Made by a program: the position numbers and the translations under genes. The notes under the pieces are model-generated. The model saw only the letters and a program-made list of their open reading frames with translations, made no database searches and was not told where the DNA came from. A DNA stretch of 44,587 nt, taken from Candidatus Dojkabacteria bacterium. GTDB lineage: Bacteria > Patescibacteriota > Dojkabacteria > GCA-002793355. How positions within the stretch are numbered: position 1 is the stretch's first letter; each line of letters starts with the position of its first letter. Of this stretch, positions 36,018-44,587 are shown one piece after another. Where the stretch lies: the NCBI GenBank assembly GCA_015485585.1, contig WFTI01000035.1, positions 1-44,587 of the forward strand, given 5' to 3'.

Positions 36018-38463
36018 CTCCTTCTAAAGTACACACAGACTCAACAATCCTCTTTCGTATCCTGTTAACCTCCTCTTCTTTGAGTGTACGTTTAAACGAA
36101 GCAAATCGGAACCTAAACGTAAGGTTTCTACTTCCATCTTGGTTGTGGTACACATCAAACAATTCGTAAGAAATCGATATATCGGTATGATCAGACTCTG
36201 CTATAGCCTCCTCTATCTTATCTACAAGCTGTTGATAAAATACACCTTTGGGGGTTACAAAGCAAACATCTTGGTAAACAGGGGGGAAACGTAACGGAGG
36301 CATCACCCCACCTTCTTTTTTTGCTTTCTTTACAAAAGGAGAAAGATTGATCTCCGCTACGAACACAGGATAATTAAGACCAAGATTATAAAGTACTTTA
36401 TGTTTCAATGCACCAATAATACCTACTACAACCTTATTATCAGAAACTACAACTCCTGAGGCATACGGATTAAAAGCATCACGAATATCCGTAAAAATCG
36501 GATCATATATCTTCTTCTCCAGCGGTGTTACACTCAGCTTTTCATTAAGGACCTTTTCAAGCTTCTTGATATAACGGGTTAATACATTAGGTGAGAGTTT
36601 CCGTAAAGTATCATAGATTACCATGCCAAGATGTAACCGTTCGTTAGGAACATTTTCGGAGTTAGTACCAAGCCCTTTTGAAAAAACCGATCCTATTTCA
36701 AAAAGATACATCCGCTGAGTATAAACCTTATTATGAACTAAAGTCTTAATTAAGGATCCAAAGATATTTGATCTCATATACTCTACATCTTCTGAAACCG
36801 CGTTAACTATTCTATAGAGGTTTTTAGTAGGAATTAGAAGATTTGCATACTCTTCTTTACTTACGAACACATAATTTATCGCCTCAATAAAACCTAAAGT
36901 AGAAAGCTGGCTGCGGATCTTAGAAGCAAGAAACAGTTTATCATCGACCCTACTTTCACGATGAGTAATTATAAGAGGATTAAGTCTAACCTCTTTATAT
37001 CCCTTTAACCTGACAATCTCTTCATAGATATCTTCAGGAATTTCTACATCAAACCTATATGTAGGAACCGAAACAGTAATCTTTTTGTCTTTTTGATTAT
37101 TTAGCATAAACCCTAAAGCTGTAAGCTTTGTGATGTCTTTCTGATCTATCTTAACATCTAAAAACTGCTCTGCTTTGTCTAAATCGAAAGTAATATGGCG
37201 TTTTCGTGAAGGTTTCTCATATTTCTGCACCCAACCAAGAGGATCTACATAGTTTATTAAAAACTCTACTACTCCTTCTATCTTTTCAGGATCTTGCTGT
37301 CGTGAAAACACTACTGAAGCATCAGTAAATATACCCGTATTCATTACTGTACGTCGTACGGATGTCTTCTTAAACGTAGCGATCTCAAAGAGTACCTCTT
37401 TAGTTGATTCATCTACTGCTGTCTCTTCACCTCCTATTACTCCTGCGATGGCTACTGGTTTGTTATTACAAAGGATTAAAAGAGCCTCTTTATCAGAGAA
37501 GGTTCGTACTGTTCCATCAAGAGTAGTTAGAGATTCTCCTTCTTTGCTCCATCGTACAGAAAATTCAAGATTGCTAGAACCACTAACCTTTTTAAGTTTC
37601 GTAAGATCAAAGGCGTGAACAGGTTGGCCAGCAAGTAACATAATATAATTAGTGAGATCAACTGCTAAAACTCCATGCACCTTAATTCCATGTTTTTTCA
37701 AGAAAACCCTAATGTCAAACGGAGTACTTTCTGTTTTTAAGGTCGCTTTTACCAAAACATAACGCCAAACATCTTCTTTTTCGGTATGAGCAATCTTTAC
37801 ATCATCTAACCTATCTAACTTAATGCCCTTTTTATACCACCACCTCGGAGGACTAAAGGATAACCCTAGCAAAGCACCCAGCTCTTGGGCCATACCTATT
37901 ATGGAGAAAAGGTCTCCCCGATGGGTAAGCGCTTTATTCTCTATTTCAATAATAACTTCATCTTTTCCAAGTAATGAAGCTAAACTTTCTCCAATTTTAA
38001 AGTTAAAAACCGTATCGGTTATAGGAAATACCATTATGCGGTCATGTTCGTTACCCAGGCCAAGCTCATAAGGACTATTAAGCATCCCTTCAGAGATTAC
38101 ACCTTTGAACTCTTTCTTGCTAATAACTCCATCCCATTTATCTGGGTAAGGATTAACAGGCACTTTACCACCTACCCGGGTGTAGGGTACAAGATCACCT
38201 GGTTTTAAATTACCAGCACCTGTAACTACGGTTTTTTGCCCTTCTTTACCAAGGTCAACCTTCACAACCCATAGTTTATCTAAAGCGGGATGTTTCTTAA
38301 CCTCAAGCACTTTTGCCACCAGCACATCTTCATATTCGTCTCCAAAGGAGCTTACGGTTTCAACCTCTGATAAAGCCTCTTCTATTCGCTCAATAATCTT
38401 TTCTTTCTCTATCTTATCTAAACCCTTCACAAATAAAGCAAGTTCTTGTAAGGCAAACCTCAT
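35995..38463 (-). CDS. pheT: phenylalanyl-tRNA synthetase beta subunit
   Basis: tRNA-binding OB (HPALDKL, SEGML), RGDLFS, GQPVHAFD, B5 (RFDV...DIYEEIVR) and FDX-ACB domains. Confidence 0.96.
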   Translation of the reverse strand: MRFALQELALFVKGLDKIEKEKIIERIEEALSEVETVSSFGDEYEDVLVAKVLEVKKHPALDKLWVVKVDLGKEGQKTVVTGAGNLKPGDLVPYTRVGGKVPVNPYPDKWDGVISKKEFKGVISEGMLNSPYELGLGNEHDRIMVFPITDTVFNFKIGESLASLLGKDEVIIEIENKALTHRGDLFSIIGMAQELGALLGLSFSPPRWWYKKGIKLDRLDDVKIAHTEKEDVWRYVLVKATLKTESTPFDIRVFLKKHGIKVHGVLAVDLTNYIMLLAGQPVHAFDLTKLKKVSGSSNLEFSVRWSKEGESLTTLDGTVRTFSDKEALLILCNNKPVAIAGVIGGEETAVDESTKEVLFEIATFKKTSVRRTVMNTGIFTDASVVFSRQQDPEKIEGVVEFLINYVDPLGWVQKYEKPSRKRHITFDLDKAEQFLDVKIDQKDITKLTALGFMLNNQKDKKITVSVPTYRFDVEIPEDIYEEIVRLKGYKEVRLNPLIITHRESRVDDKLFLASKIRSQLSTLGFIEAINYVFVSKEEYANLLIPTKNLYRIVNAVSEDVEYMRSNIFGSLIKTLVHNKVYTQRMYLFEIGSVFSKGLGTNSENVPNERLHLGMVIYDTLRKLSPNVLTRYIKKLEKVLNEKLSVTPLEKKIYDPIFTDIRDAFNPYASGVVVSDNKVVVGIIGALKHKVLYNLGLNYPVFVAEINLSPFVKKAKKEGGVMPPLRFPPVYQDVCFVTPKGVFYQQLVDKIEEAIAESDHTDISISYELFDVYHNQDGSRNLTFRFRFASFKRTLKEEEVNRIRKRIVESVCTLEGVTLKGAE

Positions 38464-39527
38464 CTTGCTGGTGTTAACATGTTAATGTTGTTCTGATATA
38501 AATCACGGATATCGTCGATCTTATGTTTACTCATGACTAATCTGTCGATTCCAAAGCCCCATGCAAATCCTTTATATTTTTTAGGGTCAACTCCTGCATT
38601 TTTTAATACTTGTGGGTGAATCATCCCAGCTCCTACGATCTCTAACCATTTTTTTCCTCCACAAACAGAACAGGTGCTCTCGTGTTCGCAGAAAACACAC
38701 TCTACTGCAAACTCAAGCCCTGGTTCAACAAACGGAAAATGGGCAGGCAAAACCTTATAACGCAACTCCTTTCTGAAATAATAAGAAAGGAATGTTTTCA
38801 AAGTATAGAGTAACTGACCTAAAGAAGCATCTTCTGTCACAACTACCCCCTCCATCTGATAGAATGTGTGGCTATGACGGGCATCAAGCTCTTCGTTTCT
38901 GAAAGTTTTTCCGACTACTATCGCGTATACTTCATTGTGCTTTTTCATCTGATCTCTAATTACCCGTATCTGCATATTAGATGTATGAGTAGTAGGTATA
39001 TACCCCTCTTCTGTATAGAACGTATCCCATGCTTCACGAGCAGGATGATCAGGAGGTATATTCAGATAATCAAACACATACTTGTCTATATCTAACTCTT
39101 TCCCTAAATAAACGTCAAATCCCATCTGGGTAAATATCTCAATCATACGCTCAATCTCGCGAGTGATCGGGTGAAGGGCTCCCTGCTCTAGAGGCAAAGA
39201 ATAACTCTCTAATCCTCCCTTAAACCATGGGGTTGTTATATCAAGCTCTAATTCTTTATCTTTTATATCAAAAACCTTCTCTTGTAACCAAGATGAAACC
39301 TTTTCTGCTTCTTCTTGAACCTGTAAGATTGCATTATTCACAATTTTCCCTAATAAAGCTCTGTCTTCGGGCGCCAACTTCGGAATCTCTGCCAAAAAGG
39401 CCTTAAGGGATCGTATACTACTGTTTCGCAATTTAGACAATTCTTCTAAAGAGTGAACTTTCTTACTCTCTTCAAGAAAGCGTTTGACAACCTCCTCTAT
39501 CTTTCGTCTAATATCGTCAAGTTGCAT
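38460..39527 (-). CDS. pheS: phenylalanyl-tRNA synthetase alpha subunit
   Basis: G-x-LHP, HPAR-x-x-WDTFY, THTS, FPFVEP and GFAWGFGIDRL motifs; TAATAT at 39534-39539. Confidence 0.97.
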   Translation of the reverse strand: MQLDDIRRKIEEVVKRFLEESKKVHSLEELSKLRNSSIRSLKAFLAEIPKLAPEDRALLGKIVNNAILQVQEEAEKVSSWLQEKVFDIKDKELELDITTPWFKGGLESYSLPLEQGALHPITREIERMIEIFTQMGFDVYLGKELDIDKYVFDYLNIPPDHPAREAWDTFYTEEGYIPTTHTSNMQIRVIRDQMKKHNEVYAIVVGKTFRNEELDARHSHTFYQMEGVVVTEDASLGQLLYTLKTFLSYYFRKELRYKVLPAHFPFVEPGLEFAVECVFCEHESTCSVCGGKKWLEIVGAGMIHPQVLKNAGVDPKKYKGFAWGFGIDRLVMSKHKIDDIRDLYQNNINMLTPAR

Positions 39528-39550
39528 GTTTATATATTACCATAAATTCA

Positions 39551-39898
39551 TTACTCTTTGGCAAAAGCTCGCTTAACAATGGTTCTAAAAAGATCGGGTT
39601 TGTGAATAGCTAACTCAGAGAGCATCTTACGGTTAAGCTCAATCTTTTTCTCCTTTAAACGATACATAAATTCTGAATATTTATAACCCAAAGCCCTCAC
39701 TGCAGCATTTATACGGGTAATCCATAATCTACGGAACTGATGGATTCGTTTTCGCCTATGCTTGTAAGAATACATTCCGGCATGCATATAAGCTTCATGT
39801 GCTCGTTTGTAAGTCTTATGGTATGTATAACGGTAACCTTTTGTGGTTTTAAGTATTTTCTTATGGCGTTTTCGTGTATTTGCTCCTTTTACCCTCAT
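39551..39898 (-). CDS. rplT: 50S ribosomal protein L20
   Basis: MRVK...RHKKILK, FRRLWITRINAAVR and LNRKMLSELA motifs. Confidence 0.97.
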   Translation of the reverse strand: MRVKGANTRKRHKKILKTTKGYRYTYHKTYKRAHEAYMHAGMYSYKHRRKRIHQFRRLWITRINAAVRALGYKYSEFMYRLKEKKIELNRKMLSELAIHKPDLFRTIVKRAFAKE

Positions 39899-40089
39899 AT
39901 TCTTAGTTTTTTGATTACTTTAAACGCACTCTCTTGTACCTCTTCAAAAACAGTCTTTTTCTTTCGTCTACGTACAGTGTTTCGATATTTAGAAAGAAGA
40001 TGCGACCCAAAAGCCTTTTGGCGTTTGATTAATCCACGTTTAGTAAGTTTTACCCTCTTTTTAAGGGATTTTAGCACCTTTGAAGACAT
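39895..40089 (-). CDS. rpmI: 50S ribosomal protein L35
   Basis: Basic 64-aa protein with KKRVKLTKRG...SHLLSK; between infC and rplT. Confidence 0.9.
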   Translation of the reverse strand: MSSKVLKSLKKRVKLTKRGLIKRQKAFGSHLLSKYRNTVRRRKKKTVFEEVQESAFKVIKKLRI

Positions 40090-40094
40090 GGTTT

Positions 40095-40640
40095 CTATTC
40101 TTTCTTTTTAACTAATATATGTATGTTTGATCCTTTATCTTGGATATCCACGATCTTACAATATTCACCGAGAACTGTCAATAGTCGTTCTTTTAACTGA
40201 TTCTGCAACTCCTTACTCACTCTACGTTTCTTTACAATAGTAATCTTAACAGGATGACCCTCTTCCACAAACTCTTTAACCTGATTTACCTTACGCTCAA
40301 AATCTCCTGAATCAATGAGTGGCTTGAACTTTATCTCTTTAAGTTTTGCTTCTTTCTGTTTACGACGAAGCATACGTTCTTTTTTCTGAAGCTGATAACG
40401 AAAATGCTCAAGGTCTACAATACGAGCAACTGGCGGTTTAGCAGATGGAGCCACCAACACTAGATCTAACCCTTTTTCTTGGGCAAGTTTCAAAGCCTCT
40501 TCTTTTTTGAATACCCCTAGATTTTTCCCTTCTTCATCTATTACCCTTACTTCGTCGGCTCTAATGTATTCGTTATAAGGGTGTGTCTTAACTAACGGAT
40601 CAAAAACTCTTACAAATCTTTTTTTACGAAAAGGCCTCAT
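40095..40640 (-). CDS. infC: translation initiation factor IF-3
   Basis: NEYIRADEVRVID-x-x-G-x-NLG, GLDLVLV, PPVARIVD and KEIKF motifs; ATG start overlaps the thrS stop. Confidence 0.96.
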   Translation of the reverse strand: MRPFRKKRFVRVFDPLVKTHPYNEYIRADEVRVIDEEGKNLGVFKKEEALKLAQEKGLDLVLVAPSAKPPVARIVDLEHFRYQLQKKERMLRRKQKEAKLKEIKFKPLIDSGDFERKVNQVKEFVEEGHPVKITIVKKRRVSKELQNQLKERLLTVLGEYCKIVDIQDKGSNIHILVKKKE

Positions 40641-42412
40641 TGTAAAAATATACTTCTGTTCATTTTACGCAGAATCTCTTCTTTCAGTCTACCTATAAAT
40701 TCCTCGATATTATAAAGGCCAACGTCACCATGTGATCTTACCCTTACTGCAACCGTTGAAGTGTTAACCTCTTTATCACCAACAACTACAACATACGGAA
40801 TCTTCTCTTCTTCTGCCCTTCTTATACGGTTAGCAAGAGGTTCATCTTTATCATCTACAGTAACAAGCCTTATTCCTTCTGATTCTAAGACCTCTTTTAC
40901 CTGAAAAGCATATTGAGAATGTTTTTCAGAAACAGGAATAATCCTTACCTTTTCATATTCTAGCCAAAGCGGTAGATTCCCAGCAAAGTGTTCAATTAAT
41001 AACGCCATAAAACGATGGAAGGTTCCAAAGATGGCTCGGTGGATCATTACAGGGGTTTTCTTACTACCGTCTTTATCTGTATATGTGAGATTAAACCTCT
41101 GGGGTAGATTAAAATCAAGCTGAATAGTAGCTACCTGCCATCTACGTCCTAATGAATCTTTAAGATGAAAATCAAGTTTCGGGCCATAAAATGCAGCTTC
41201 TCCTTCCATTAGGTTATACGAAACTCCGCTTTGACGCACAGCATTAATAAGCATCTCCTCTGCTTTCTCCCACACGCTATCGTCACCTAGATACTTATCT
41301 TTTTTATCGTTTGAACGTAAACTTACATCCACAGTTAGATCCTTAAACTCAAAGGTTTTATAAACATCAAACGCTAATTCAAGTAATCTTACAAGCTCTT
41401 CTTCGATCATCTCTTCGGCTAAAAATATGTGTCCATCATCTTGGGTTAAGGCTCTTACCCGCGTTAAACCATGGAGTTCTCCTGCCTTCTCATATCGATA
41501 TACTGTAGCCATATCTGTAACCCTGAAAGGTAGATCTCTATAACTTTGCACCATCTGTTTATAGATCTGAATGTGGAGAGGACAGTTCATCGCCTTAAGA
41601 TAATAAACCTCTTCATCATTAACCTTCATTTTAGGAAACATATTTTCCTCATAATAAGGAAGGTGTCCTGAGGTATACCACAATTTATCTTTTGCGATAT
41701 GGGGAGTATAGACTAAATGATGCCCTAAAGCTTTGTATTTTTCTACGATCCAATGCTCAAGCTGTTCACGCACATATGCTCCTCGTGGGAGAAACACCGC
41801 AATACCGCTACCTATGATATCGGGATCTATAAAATAGTACTTCAACCGTTTATTAAGAACGCGGTGATCACGTTTCTTGGACTCCTCACGTTGTTTAAGA
41901 AACTCCTCAAGCTCTTCTTGACTCATAAAGGCAGTACCATATATACGGGTAAGCATCGGATTCTTCTCATCTCCACGCCAATAAGCTCCCGCAATAGAAA
42001 GGAGTTTAAAAGCAACAACCTCTCCTGTACGTGTAAGATGGGGTCCTTTACAAAGATCAACAAAACCTTTCTCTTCATCGCCGATAACATAGAAACTTAC
42101 CTTCTCATCGTCAATCTCTTTTAAAAGTTCACGCTTATAGGGTTGATCCCATTTGCGGTAAAATTTCATGGCCTCTTTTTTGTCCATAAATATCTGTCGC
42201 ACAGGGAGATCTTCTTCTATGATCTTTTTCATCTCGTCTTCTATCTTTTCTAGGTCCTCATGGGTGATAGGAACAGCGAACTCAAAATCATAGTAAAAAC
42301 CATCCTCAATAACAGGTCCGATGCCCAACTTCGTGTCAGGCCATAGACGCAAAACAGCCATAGCTAAAATATGGGCAGTTGTATGTCTTAACCGTTGCAA
42401 ATAATCGTCCAT
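40637..42412 (-). CDS. thrS: threonyl-tRNA synthetase (no N-terminal TGS domain)
   Basis: RHTTAH, GFYYDF, DLCKGPH, GAYWRGD, RDHR, MNCP, AAFYGPK and IQLDF motifs. Confidence 0.98.
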   Translation of the reverse strand: MDDYLQRLRHTTAHILAMAVLRLWPDTKLGIGPVIEDGFYYDFEFAVPITHEDLEKIEDEMKKIIEEDLPVRQIFMDKKEAMKFYRKWDQPYKRELLKEIDDEKVSFYVIGDEEKGFVDLCKGPHLTRTGEVVAFKLLSIAGAYWRGDEKNPMLTRIYGTAFMSQEELEEFLKQREESKKRDHRVLNKRLKYYFIDPDIIGSGIAVFLPRGAYVREQLEHWIVEKYKALGHHLVYTPHIAKDKLWYTSGHLPYYEENMFPKMKVNDEEVYYLKAMNCPLHIQIYKQMVQSYRDLPFRVTDMATVYRYEKAGELHGLTRVRALTQDDGHIFLAEEMIEEELVRLLELAFDVYKTFEFKDLTVDVSLRSNDKKDKYLGDDSVWEKAEEMLINAVRQSGVSYNLMEGEAAFYGPKLDFHLKDSLGRRWQVATIQLDFNLPQRFNLTYTDKDGSKKTPVMIHRAIFGTFHRFMALLIEHFAGNLPLWLEYEKVRIIPVSEKHSQYAFQVKEVLESEGIRLVTVDDKDEPLANRIRRAEEEKIPYVVVVGDKEVNTSTVAVRVRSHGDVGLYNIEEFIGRLKEEILRKMNRSIFLQ

Positions 42413-42415
42413 TGA

Positions 42416-43030
42416 CTATTTTGTTTGCAAAATCTTATCAGCTATGCCGTATTGTACCGCACTTTCTGCATCCATCCAAAAATCGCGTTCAACATCTCTT
42501 GCGACCTTCTTGTGGGGTTGTCCTGTAAGGTCAGATAAAATCGCAATTAATCTTTCTTTTAACTTTTTCATAACATCAGCTGTGATCTGAAGTTCTGTAG
42601 CATCAACACTTCCTAGTCCCCCAAGCCATGGCTGATGAATCATTACCCGGGTATTAGGCAATACAAACCGTTTACCCGGGGTACCAGCTGCAAGCAAAAG
42701 AGCTCCGAATGATGCAACGTTCCCTAATCCTATCGTAACCACAGGACATTGAACATATCTTATGGTGTCAAAAATCGCAAACCCTGCATCTACCGCCCCA
42801 CCTGGTGTAGAGATATAAAGCTGAATCTCTTTTTTAGGATTCTCTTTCTCAAGATATAACATCTGAGCTACAACCAGAGTGGCTAACCTTTCATTAATCG
42901 GACCCACAACAAAAATTATACGATCTTTAAGTAATCGTGAGAAAAGATCGTAATATATTTTTACTCCTCCTCTTTCTTCTTCAAAGACCGTTGGTATTAC
43001 AAATGAATCAAACATATCTGCCTGTTTCAT
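42416..43030 (-). CDS. clpP: ATP-dependent Clp protease proteolytic subunit
   Basis: DLFSRLLKDRII, AS(F)G (Ser), MIHQP (His), ERD (Asp); TATAAT at 43036-43041, 5 nt before the ATG. Confidence 0.97.
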   Translation of the reverse strand: MKQADMFDSFVIPTVFEEERGGVKIYYDLFSRLLKDRIIFVVGPINERLATLVVAQMLYLEKENPKKEIQLYISTPGGAVDAGFAIFDTIRYVQCPVVTIGLGNVASFGALLLAAGTPGKRFVLPNTRVMIHQPWLGGLGSVDATELQITADVMKKLKERLIAILSDLTGQPHKKVARDVERDFWMDAESAVQYGIADKILQTK

Positions 43031-43048
43031 GGTAGATTATAACCCATC

Positions 43049-43122
43049 AGCCTCTGGGGGGACTCGAACCCCCAACCTGCTCCTTAGGACGGAGCCGCTC
43101 TATCCAGTTGAGCTACAGAGGC
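43049..43122 (-). tRNA. tRNA-Arg(CCT)
   Basis: Anticodon arm GCTCC-GT-CCT-AA-GGAGC; A20 in the D-loop. Confidence 0.95.
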
Positions 43123-43128
43123 GCTATC

Positions 43129-44298
43129 TTATATTTTAGCATCATCAGGAATAAGAATCTTCGAAGATTCAGGCTTTTTTGCCTCTTTAGTTTCTTCTTT
43201 CTTGTTTTGTTTTATAAAACCTAACTCCCTTAGTAAGCTTTCTTCTGCCTTTACCAATAATGCTCGAGTAAGAAGTTCTATTGAGCTTATCTTAGCCTTT
43301 CCAGCCGAGGCATAATCAAAGGCAGCCCGCTCTAAATACATTCTATCTTTCTGGGGATCTATACTTATGTTTCGGGTTTTTATATAAAGGTTCCAGAATA
43401 CCCTATGCTTTATCTCATCTACAACCTGGTGCGTAATCTGTTCTCTGAACTGTTCTTCGGTTAGGTTGTTAGCCTTGAGATAATCTTGAAATGTTACCCC
43501 TAACCTTTGCATATTTTTCTCTATTTCTTCTTTCGCTTGGTTGTAGCGTTCTTCAATTAAAGAGGTAGGTATCTTTACATCTAAATCATGAATAATCTGG
43601 TGAAAAACCTCTTCATATTTTTGCACTAAGGTGTTCGCCCTCTTGTTGCTTTCTACTATCTTACGAAGATGCTCTTTCAGTTCTTTAAGGTTTGTAATAT
43701 TTGGAAGTTTTAACTCTTTAACCCATTCGTCTGAGGGTTTAGAAAACTCTGATTTTTTTCGTTTATCAACCCTCTTCTGCCAATCTGCAAAAAGGCTCGC
43801 TAAAGCTTCTTCTACCTCTTTCTCAGAGACATCAACTTTTATCTCCTCAGAGAAATAATACTTCTTAAGATCAGGCAATTTAGGAGAAGGTGCCCAATAT
43901 AACCGTACTGTCAACACAATTGGTGCTTCTACCATCTTAAACTGTAGGTCTTCTATATAAGGATCTCCAACTACTATTCTGTCTTCTCCAACAACTTCAG
44001 GTAGTTTCTTGGCAAGCTCTGAGGGGAGTCCCACGATAAGTGTTGATAAGGTTTTCTCAACAAGTTGTTGATAGATCTGAGGTTCTAAGATCTCGCGGGG
44101 TACGTTTCCCTTACGAAAACCTTTCATCTCAGTCTCTTTAGCGTGTTCCTTATAAAGCTGCTCGTAAACCAACCTTTGTAAAGTAGGATTAAGCTGAACC
44201 TCAAGAAGAATACGTTGATTCTTTTTATCATCCTCTTTGACGTTAACCTCTTTAATCAATGGAGGAAGTTTGTCAGGTGTGCTTATTGTTGTACTCAT
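43129..44298 (-). CDS. tig: trigger factor (ribosome-binding and C-terminal domains; PPIase domain apparently absent)
   Basis: GFRKGNVP signature; C-domain IPTSLIE...YLKANNLTEEQFR; upstream of clpP. Confidence 0.88.
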   Translation of the reverse strand: MSTTISTPDKLPPLIKEVNVKEDDKKNQRILLEVQLNPTLQRLVYEQLYKEHAKETEMKGFRKGNVPREILEPQIYQQLVEKTLSTLIVGLPSELAKKLPEVVGEDRIVVGDPYIEDLQFKMVEAPIVLTVRLYWAPSPKLPDLKKYYFSEEIKVDVSEKEVEEALASLFADWQKRVDKRKKSEFSKPSDEWVKELKLPNITNLKELKEHLRKIVESNKRANTLVQKYEEVFHQIIHDLDVKIPTSLIEERYNQAKEEIEKNMQRLGVTFQDYLKANNLTEEQFREQITHQVVDEIKHRVFWNLYIKTRNISIDPQKDRMYLERAAFDYASAGKAKISSIELLTRALLVKAEESLLRELGFIKQNKKEETKEAKKPESSKILIPDDAKI

Positions 44299-44388
44299 TT
44301 TTCTTCTTTACTATTTTAGATACTTTGCTATTTTACCTTATATTTAAAACTCTTTGTAAGTAACGATATAATTTAATAATCTTTCTAA

Positions 44389-44476
44389 GGAGGGGTGCCG
44401 GAGCGGCCGAACGGGGCGGTCTCGAAAACCGCTGTACCCTTTATGGGTACCGAGGGTTCGAATCCCTCCCCCTCCG
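44389..44476 (+). tRNA. tRNA-Ser(CGA)
   Basis: Anticodon arm GCGGT-CT-CGA-AA-ACCGC; long variable arm GTACCC-TTTAT-GGGTAC; G73. Confidence 0.96.
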
Positions 44477-44587
44477 AAGAAAAGGCTAAAAATAAATATT
44501 AAAAACATGAACAAAACTTGGATTTATAAAGATCTAATCGATATTGTTGTTATATTCCACCGCAAAAGCCTCGTATTAGATATAACC

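Noticed and set aside
1477-43858. Many short ORF-track entries antisense to or nested in recognised genes (for example 1477..1701, 3191..3430, 4855..5229, 12093..12380, 15696..16088, 39740..40111, 41753..42124, 43631..43858)
   Set aside because: They are shadow ORFs of well-supported genes or tRNAs and have no motifs of their own
44507-44587. ORF starting ATG AAC AAA and open to the window end
   Set aside because: Only 27 codons are visible with no motif; it cannot be told apart from the end of a minus-strand gene or non-coding DNA

Overview
AT-rich, extremely gene-dense core-chromosome segment of a bacterium with a reduced genome. The gene set and gene order suggest Patescibacteria/CPR, and the very GC-rich tRNA stems plus SpeD suggest a thermophile; both are inferences. 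TGA is used as a stop codon. The window holds about 49 CDS and 12 tRNAs. The CDS cover translation (rpsP, rpmF, rpmB, rplA, rplK, rpmG, rplS, rplT, rpmI, infC, thrS, pheS, pheT, map, tig, rsmH), transcription and RNA processing (nusB, nusG, rnc, yhaM), cell wall and division (mreB, mreC, mreD-like, mrdA, mraZ-rsmH-ftsL-like-ftsI, class A PBP), DNA repair (mutL, ruvC, recG, rmuC, rnhB, yraN), eno, speD and clpP. No mobile element, CRISPR array or rRNA was seen. The most striking feature is regulatory. About 20 genes have a TAnnnT (-10-like) hexamer only 5-8 nt upstream of the start codon and no Shine-Dalgarno, which implies leaderless mRNAs. One case is a perfectly symmetric 18-bp bidirectional promoter (palindrome ATTATAAT) between mutL and map. 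Other notable points: an out-of-frame upstream ORF at the predicted leaderless start of speD, a cupin PGI homolog lacking all four metal ligands, a trigger factor without its PPIase domain, an ATG-initiated infC, a variant MraZ operator (ATGG x4, 10-bp period), tRNA-Arg(GCG), and a short membrane peptide gene supported by its promoter.
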